Shown piece by piece: positions 61,125 through 64,000 of a DNA stretch of 64,000 nt. Source of the DNA: Rhizophagus irregularis. Taxonomy: Eukaryota. Location of the stretch: the NCBI RefSeq assembly GCF_026210795.1, contig NC_089429.1, positions 7,130,001-7,194,000 of the forward strand, written 5' to 3'. The translations under genes were made by a program, and so were the position numbers. The notes under the pieces are model-generated. The model made no database searches, was not told where the DNA came from, and saw nothing but the letters and a program-made list of their open reading frames with translations. Position 1 is the first letter of the stretch; the number at the start of each line of letters is the position of its first letter.

Positions 61125-64000
61125 GATTCATATTTCTAGGCCAAAAATATCATCATTAACTAAACAAAATAATATAAGTCATTCAAATATAGATAAATCA
61201 ATAGGTAAATAAGTAAGTTGTAAGCTTATATCATATGTTTATCTCACAAAAATCGGAAAGTCTATTATTTCTGACAATTCCGATAATCCCAAAAATAGGT
61301 TACAGGATCGGGAATTTATTAAACAAGAAGAATTTCAAATTTCTGGACCAGTCGTATTTCCTACAGTACAGTATGGATATGCATAATCTTTTATTATTCA
61401 TACAAAATTACAATCAGGAATTTTTCGGGACTGATCCGATATACGAGATAGATTATCTAGAATAAAATTTTAGACGAAAATACTTTCTTTATTTCGTTAA
61501 AAACTAGATTCAATTTTAAAATACAACCCATAAAAATAAATTTTGTGAACAAAAAGGAGAAATTAAATTAACCGAATGCCATCAATATTGTCCAATCATC
61601 AATCCATTTGAATGGAAGATCATATTGTATTTGTACTATCACAAAGTTTAAACTTTATTAAACAAGGTATTTCTTTCAAGTGCAACTTTCATTGGTATGA
61701 GTCTTTTATTGTTTCGGTTTAAAAATTTCAAACTTTTTTAATCAATGAAACTAAAAAGCGTCATAAAATTAGTGTTACAAATATCAATAAAATTTGTCAT
61801 CTCATCAGGATTTAACTTATACGAAAATACGAAAACCCTCGTAAATACAAAGAAAATTTAAACCAATAGAATTTTATGATAAATCAGGAGTAATTCAATC
61901 GATGGGGTGTCTTAATATTACTAATAAATAATGATTTTTTTTGATTTTTTATATCTATATTAACATAAATTTTCTTAAGTTATACAGTATAATATAAAAA
62001 CTTTATATATTTTTGTTCTTTAGAACATATTTTACTTATTTAAATACCATTTTTTTCAATACAATACTTATATAAAAAATTTATGTTGAGCTAACTTTTA
62101 TAGTTCAACCTCCAGATGCAACTTATTGGTAAAAGGTAAGTATTACTTTTAAATATACAAATATATGTAATTTTTATGAGGAATCAGTTTACTTAATGAA
62201 TAAAAAGCAAGTTTCTTAATAAATTTTATGATAAAATTTTGGCAAAAACAAAATTTATATAAATAATTTCTAATTTTTTTGCATAAATACAATTTTAATT
62301 GCAAATTACATGTTAAAATAAAATAATATTTTAAATATTTACAATATTTATCAAATTTTATAATTTGACTAATTTTAAAAAATTGTTAATAGTAAAAGTA
62401 TTTCAATAATTATTTAATTTTAACAAAATTTAAAATACAATCATTTTAAATGATTATAAAACAGTATGTAAAATTTGAGAATACCATATTTTATTGAAAA
62501 GAAGTACCCTATTCTTGCAAGAATTTTGGATGAGAAGTTTGGGAAGGGGTGTTTATTTTCAAGACTTTTTTTAAAAATATGATTATCTATTAATCAAGGG
62601 GTTTTATCACTTCAGAAATTTTTTTTACTGATTTGGGAATTTCACTATGTGAATTAAAGGTATTATTTCACATTTGTGATTTTATAACTTTTGTGTGACC
62701 TTATAACTTTTATGAAACTTTTATATAACCTTAGTTTTCAAGCGATATTATTTTGATATTATTTTGATATTGATTCAATATCAATTTAATATCGATGCAA
62801 TATCAAAATAAAATATTATTATTTCAATATGTAATTGTTATCGGTCATGTTGTAGATGATAACTGATAATAAAGTTATTGGATATGTATGACGTAAAGCA
62901 ACTGAGACCTTTTTCGCGTATCTTATTTATTATTTTATAATAATGTGATCAAAATTTTGTATATTACTAATTATAAAGTGACCAAAATTTGTGTATCACT
63001 ATTATAAAGTGATCAATAACATACGTGAAAAATGTCCAGTGCTTACATAGAACATATACAATAACATATTGATATTAAATTAATATTGAAATGATATCAA
63101 AATGATAATAAAAATGACATCAAAACAATGTATTTAAGTTTAAAATTACACTTGCAGCTCCCATTAGTTGCTTCACTTTTACTTTTACTTTTTGATTCAG
63201 TGGATAATTTAAAATATTCTTCAGGTAGTTTTTCTATTAGTTAATATTTAATAGATTTAAAACTTGATTAGATTCAATTATTAGTACTTTATTTAGCCTA
63301 CAAATAACTTGATTGTTAGTTTCTACTAATCGATTTGCTAAAGCTTTTTATTATTTAACTGATTCTGCCTAATATAAATGTATTGAGCTTTTTTCCTTTT
63401 ATTTATTCTATAACTGATAATCCATTTGTATAACTCTACTTTTACTTCAAGATAAAATGCTTCTCAGCCAGAATTTACACTTATATTTGTTGCTTTTATT
63501 TTATCTTTCCAGTTTAAACTTGCTTTGATCTATCTTTTAACCATACTAACATCAAGTTCAAAGTACCTAAAGCTTCATTTCTACAACATTTTTTAGTATA
63601 AACAATTAAAGATGTTAGCTTTAATTATTTTTCACTAGTCAAAATAAGAAATTTTGGACATGTGATTTTTGGCTAGGTTTCAGAATAAATTTCAGCCAAA
63701 ATTCGTCTGAATTCAATTTTGGCTTAATTTCGACTCACATGATTTCTGAAGTTCTTTTCTGAAGTTCTTCTGAAGTTCTTTTGAAATTCTGATTTTCCGA
63801 AGTTTCGATCATTATATAAAACTCAGTTTTCAAAATTTATTATGAACAAATGGCACTTATGTATAACTCAAAAAAAGAATTTATGTAAAATCCAATAAAA
63901 AGCAACAACTCATCAAATTTCGATTAATAAAAATGAAAATTTATTATTATTATTTTTAACGAATGTTAAATTTTCTATTAACAAAATTTACGGCCAAATA

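Noticed and set aside
62739..63155. Possible MITE with GATATT/AATATC inverted repeats
   Set aside because: Arms are low-complexity and no TSD was found

Overview
Very AT-rich eukaryotic DNA with short GT-AG introns. The F-box/LRR gene type and the transposon spectrum suggest a Glomeromycotina (Rhizophagus-like) arbuscular mycorrhizal fungus; this is an inference. Only two clear host genes are present: a SWIRM-domain protein (4005-4712, minus) and an F-box/LRR protein (15743-17314, plus). Most of the rest is transposable-element material whose ends and target-site duplications (TSDs) can be read directly. It includes a Tc1 DD34E element, a 5'-truncated LINE with RT and RNase H, a MULE, a PIF/Harbinger element, a deleted hAT, several MITE/foldback elements and four short retro-insertions. 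The most unusual signal is two separate arrays (about 20.36-22.40 kb and 51.36-53.96 kb, both minus strand) of repeated 70-105 nt spliceosomal-type introns separated mostly by 21-43 nt micro-exons. Their branch points, and in the second array their 5' splice sites, lie in covarying hairpins. Each array follows a TCACGTGA box and a pyrimidine-rich first exon, and each sits inside a CAC-ended (CMC/CACTA-like) non-autonomous element. I found no long spliced ORF in the exons I translated (array B exons 1-6), so they look like a transposon-borne, splicing-dependent non-coding RNA system.
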